Position numbers and translations under genes: made by a program | Source: Azolla caroliniana | Lineage: Eukaryota > Plantae > Polypodiophyta | Assembly: GCA_043228905.1 (NCBI GenBank) | Contig: JBHGNT010000003.1 | Coordinates: forward strand, 8,618,001-8,682,000 | Direction: 5' to 3' | DNA length: 64,000 nt | Notes under the pieces: generated by a model | The model's database searches: none | What the model was told of the DNA's origin: nothing | What the model saw: the letters and a program-made list of their open reading frames with translations, nothing else | In this document: positions 59,573-64,000 of the stretch, piece after piece | Position numbering within the stretch: position 1 is the stretch's first letter | Layout: the number at the start of each line of letters is the position of its first letter

Positions 59573-62500
59573 TGTTGAGCAGCAAGCTCAACTAGAGCCG
59601 GATCAGCTGAATAAGCCTGAGCTGACAAGCGAGATGGATCGGTAAGCCGTGAGAAACCGAGCCGGCAAGCAACAGAGCCGGTGAGCTAGGGAGCCGGTTA
59701 GCCGGATCCAATCGGTAACCGAAAGCCTAGTATTAGTTTAGACTTCTAGGAAATTATAGTCTCGTAGTAAGTGTCAGAAGCTCGTGTGAGCATTGAAGTA
59801 CGTGGTACTTCTGTCAATTCCACGAGGACTTGTATAAATAGTGCTACTGAGCACAGTTGTATGCACAGAGTGTTTTTATCGTTTTTGAATATAGCTTTTA
59901 CGTTCTGCTCTCTTTGTCTCTCCCGTGTACTCTGTGTATTCCCTACCTTCTCTATTTTCTAACGCTTCCGCAAGCAATCATTTACATGGTATTAGAGCGT
60001 GAGGGTTGAGAACCTCCTATACAGCCGACAAACGCTTGAAAGCAAACCCGTAAAACAACAGACAGAGAAGTGATGGATAGAGGGATGGCTAGCTCGCTCC
60101 CTGTGGAGAAACTCAACAGATCCAACTATGCATCTTGGTCATATAAGATGCACCAGTACCTGCTTGGGCATGGCTACTGGAGTTTCGTCGAAGGAGCCAA
60201 TGAAACAACACCTAATGCGGCACATAAGGACTTCCCAGTGTGGGAACAATTGGCAAGCAAAGTGATGTACTATTTCGCGTCCAGTGTCGAAGACCAGCTG
60301 CTAAGCGACATCCGAGATGCCAAGACACCGAAGGAGGCTTGGGGAAACCTGAAGAAGGTTTTCGCCGCGAGCACTACAGCCCGGAAGCTGCAAATCCGAT
60401 AGGAATTGAGCAATGTCCGACAGAAGGACATGTCGATGGCGGATTACACGGCCCGGATCAAAGAGATCTGTGACTCGCTTGCCTCTATCAACGTTACCGT
60501 AGAGGAAGATGAGATGGTACAGGTCAGTCTTGGGGGCCTGGCGTCTAAGTTTAGAGCGTTCCGAATGGCGATGTGTACAAGGGAGAATACGCCGTCATTT
60601 TTTGACTTACAGTCGATGCTCCTTGTAGAGGAGAACCACGTCGGTGCATCAACTAGCGCACCCACTGACAACCGGATGTTGTACACGGAGCCGGATCGGT
60701 CCCGTGGGCGTGGTGGACGAGGCGGGTCGGCACGCAATGGAGGCGGCCGGCAAGAGCAAGAACGAAGGCACATAGAACGTGCCGACAGCAGTTCCGGGAC
60801 TCCCACATGCAGGGGGAGTCATGGCAACACCGGAAGACGGCAAGAGAAGTTAGCAACGGAATGCTGGTACTATGGCAAAAAGGGCCATAGAGAAAGCGAG
60901 TGCTGGAGAAAACGAGCCGACTCGGACAAATCCGGATCCGGCAAGGCCGGCAAGGATGGCCGGCAAAGCTCGCACTACGCGAAGGGATCGGGAGGATCCA
61001 AGAACGGTAACGGGCCAGCCTTGGTGATGAAGCACGAGGCAAACTCGATGAAGAAGACCACTTCCAAATCGGAGGAAGTGTGGTATGTTGACTCCGGTGC
61101 GTCGAACCACATGACGAGCCACAAAGAGTGGTTCTCCTTTTTGGAGAAACCGGATCAACCAAGAGTAGTCGAAACCGGAGACGACACTCCTCACCCAATT
61201 GTGCACGTCGGAGAAGTCCCTTTGAGCCACGTCAGACAGAAGGGGAAGTTGATGAATGTATTACACGTTCCGACAATCACGAAGAACCTGGTGTCGGTCG
61301 GACAGATCGTCGACCAGGGGATGCAGGTGCGGTTTACGCACCTTGGGTGCTTCGTCGAGGAAGAGGGCCAGATTATTGCGCAAGGGCGCAGAGACAGGAG
61401 GATGTTTATCCTCGACACCAATGACGTTGGCATCGCTCTATTTGCAAAAGGACAGAAGGTCGAATCGGACATCGACCTGTGGCACAAGCGGATAGGCCAC
61501 ATCAATTACCGGAGGCTTCAAGACCTGCAAACGAAACAAGTTGTTTTCGGTTTGCCGAAGTTCAGTGACCGAAAGGCCCAAGTATGTGAAGCATGCCAAC
61601 TCGGGAAGCAACACCAGCTTCCATTCCCTACCGAACATAACCGGAGCCATAACAAGCTCGAGCTAATCCATTCGGATGTGTGGGGACCGGCACAGAATGT
61701 TAGTCTTGGCAGGAGTCAATATTTCGTCTCCTTCATCGACAACTATATGCGGCACACATGATTCTACCTCATTGAGCGTAAGAGTGAAGTCTTCGAGTGT
61801 TTTTGGAGTCTCCAAAGCATGGTGGAACGGGAATCGGAGAGGAAGATCAAATGCCTGTGATCGGATGGCGGGAAAGAATACTTTTCCGGCCAATTCAACA
61901 GTTATCTGCAGTAAACGGGAATTCGGCGAGAGTTCAGCTGCAGATACACACCGCAATAGAACGGTGTTGCCAAGAGGAAGAACCGGTCGCTTATCGATGC
62001 GGCAAGGGAAATGCTGGAGGAGAAGAGCATGCCCAAATTCTACATCCAGAACCGGATCGGTGACAAGGTGTCAGCTCATGAGCTGTATTTTGGGCGGAAG
62101 CCGAATTTGAGACACCGTAAGATCTTCAGTAGCACTGCATATGTGCATGTACCGAATGAGAAGCGAAGGAAGCTGGATGCAAAATTGGAAAAATGCATCC
62201 TAGCCAGCTATGCTCAAGAGCAAAAGGGTTATAAGTGTTATAACCCTCGGACAAAGCAGGTTTGAGTTAGTCGAGATGTCGAGTTTGATGAATCGGCATC
62301 GTGGTACTTCTTACCGACTCCGACTTCCGAATCTGACCCGATGCCGGTGGATGAGGCTAGTGAGCCTAAACCAGCCCAGGTAGAGGATGATGAAGCGTGG
62401 ACTCAGGATGAGAGTCCGGAATCGTTCCGATTGAGTGGGCCGAACGAGAGACTGAGTCAATCTGACCAGTCCGATGAGGAACCAGTGAGTAGTGGAGACT

Positions 62501-62596
62501 CTGTCGTGCAATCATTCCGGTTGAGTGGGCCGAACGAGAGACTGAGTCAATCTGACCAGTCCGATGAGGAATTGGCGAGTAGTGGAGACTCTGCCG
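59573..62596 (+). mobile_element. C2d: 5' part of copia (LTR 59573-59986, PBS-Met, gag-PR-IN decayed)
   Basis: TGTTGAG...TTTACA followed by TGGTATTAGAGC. ORFs 60070-61761. Confidence 0.9.
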
Positions 62597-64000
62597 TGAA
62601 GGCAACACGAGGATTAGGGTTTAGGTCAAGAACAGAGAGGGAGAGAGTCTGATATGAGAGAGAGAGATGCACGTTGTCTTGGGTACAAAAAAGTGTACCT
62701 CTTTTTTGGTTTTTAGATATTATGTATATACAACTCAAAAGTGTGCTACGAGTGCGTTCACATTCGTGCACTAATAAAAGGCACGATGGCCCTTTATTCC
62801 CAACAACCTCCCACCTAAAGGCAATGTGTCGTGAGAAGAAAACAACCAAAAAAAAGTCAGCTAAGTCCAAGTATGTACAAAGTTGAACTACATACATACA
62901 TCTATCCAACTCCCATCATCTGTCGACAATGAGCAAATCGCTCAACTGGAAGACCCTTCGTGAGAAGATCTACAGGATTATTATTTGTATGTACTTTGAC
63001 AAGCTCAATGTTCTTGTTGTCAAGTACATCTCTGATGAAGTGATATTTCACCTCTATGTGCTTCGTCTTTGCATGAAAGACGGGATTTCGAGCTAGCATG
63101 ATAGCACTATGGCTATCACAATGAAGAATAGGTAACTCTGTAATGCCAAGATCTCTCACTAGATATGAAAGCCATAAAGCCTCTTTGCATGCCTCAGTGG
63201 CAGCAACATACTCTGCCTCTGTAGTAGACAATGCAACACACTTCTGTAGTTTGGAGATCCAAGAGACCGCTCCTCCTGTGAAAGTAAACACATACCCATA
63301 AGTAGACTTCCTACAGTCTGCGTGACCAGCATAGTCCGCATCCGTAAAACCAACGACAGATGCCTTTTGCTTTCCAAAGCAAATACACAAGTCCTTTGTG
63401 CCTTTGAGGTATCTCATAATACCTTTCACCGCTTCCCAATGCTTTTTGCCGGGATTTTCCATATACCTACTAACCACTCCCACTACAAAGGCAATATCAG
63501 GGTGTGTAGCAACCATCGCATATATCAAACTGCCAACGGTAGAAGCATATGGAACCTTAGCCATTTCAGCCTTCTCATCATCAGATGTGGGGTTGTCTTC
63601 TGCACCGAGTTTCAAATATGGAGGCAATGGAACCCCAATTGTTTCCCCCCCCCTCCATATTGAAATGCTGCAAAACCTTAGAGATATACTCCTGCTGAGA
63701 TAGAAAGAGTACCCCTTTCGATCGGTTTCAGAGTATTCGCATGCCAAGGATGTGATTTGCATCACCAAGATCCTTCATATCAAATCTGCCATGAAGGCTT
63801 TGCTTCAATGAATTCAAGGCATGAACATCCTTGCCAACAATCAACATATCATCAACATACAAAACCAAGATAATCAGGCTGCCATCTCCTGCCTTCTTGG
63901 TGTACAAGCAATGGTCCACTTGACTTCTACGAAAACCTTGAGATTGCATAAATGCATCAAATTTATGATACCATTCTCTTGGTGCTTGTTTCAACCCATA
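62597..64000 (-). mobile_element. C4: 3' end of copia (RT, RNase H, PPT, 209-bp 3' LTR 62597-62805)
   Basis: YVDDML, FTDADYAG, KTKHIEVKYHF, PPT AGGTGGGAGG next to the LTR. Confidence 0.88.

Overview
A gene-free, heterochromatin-like window from a land-plant nuclear genome. The 18S fragment and element types suggest a non-seed plant such as a bryophyte, but that is tentative. It is almost entirely nested retrotransposons: at least four Ty1/copia families (my labels C1-C4), a chromovirus fragment (G2), a large Athila/Tat-like gypsy with a long extra 3' ORF (G1), and a tRNA-Trp-primed gypsy lineage (P) with one decayed autonomous element (P2) and two gag-only families (P1, P3). It also holds a 3.9-kb TIR element with an array of palindromes, a 2-kb 18S+5'ETS rDNA piece inserted cleanly into G1 pol, and a 100-N gap. 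The most notable system is the P lineage. Three otherwise dissimilar LTR families carry an antisense tRNA-like Pol III A-box/B-box module in U3, make 4-bp target duplications centred on CG, and include gag-only satellites with a long, zinc-knuckle-less ORF. Two P1 copies are fused tail-to-tail into a multi-kb palindrome. All boundaries were read by eye and no database searches were run.
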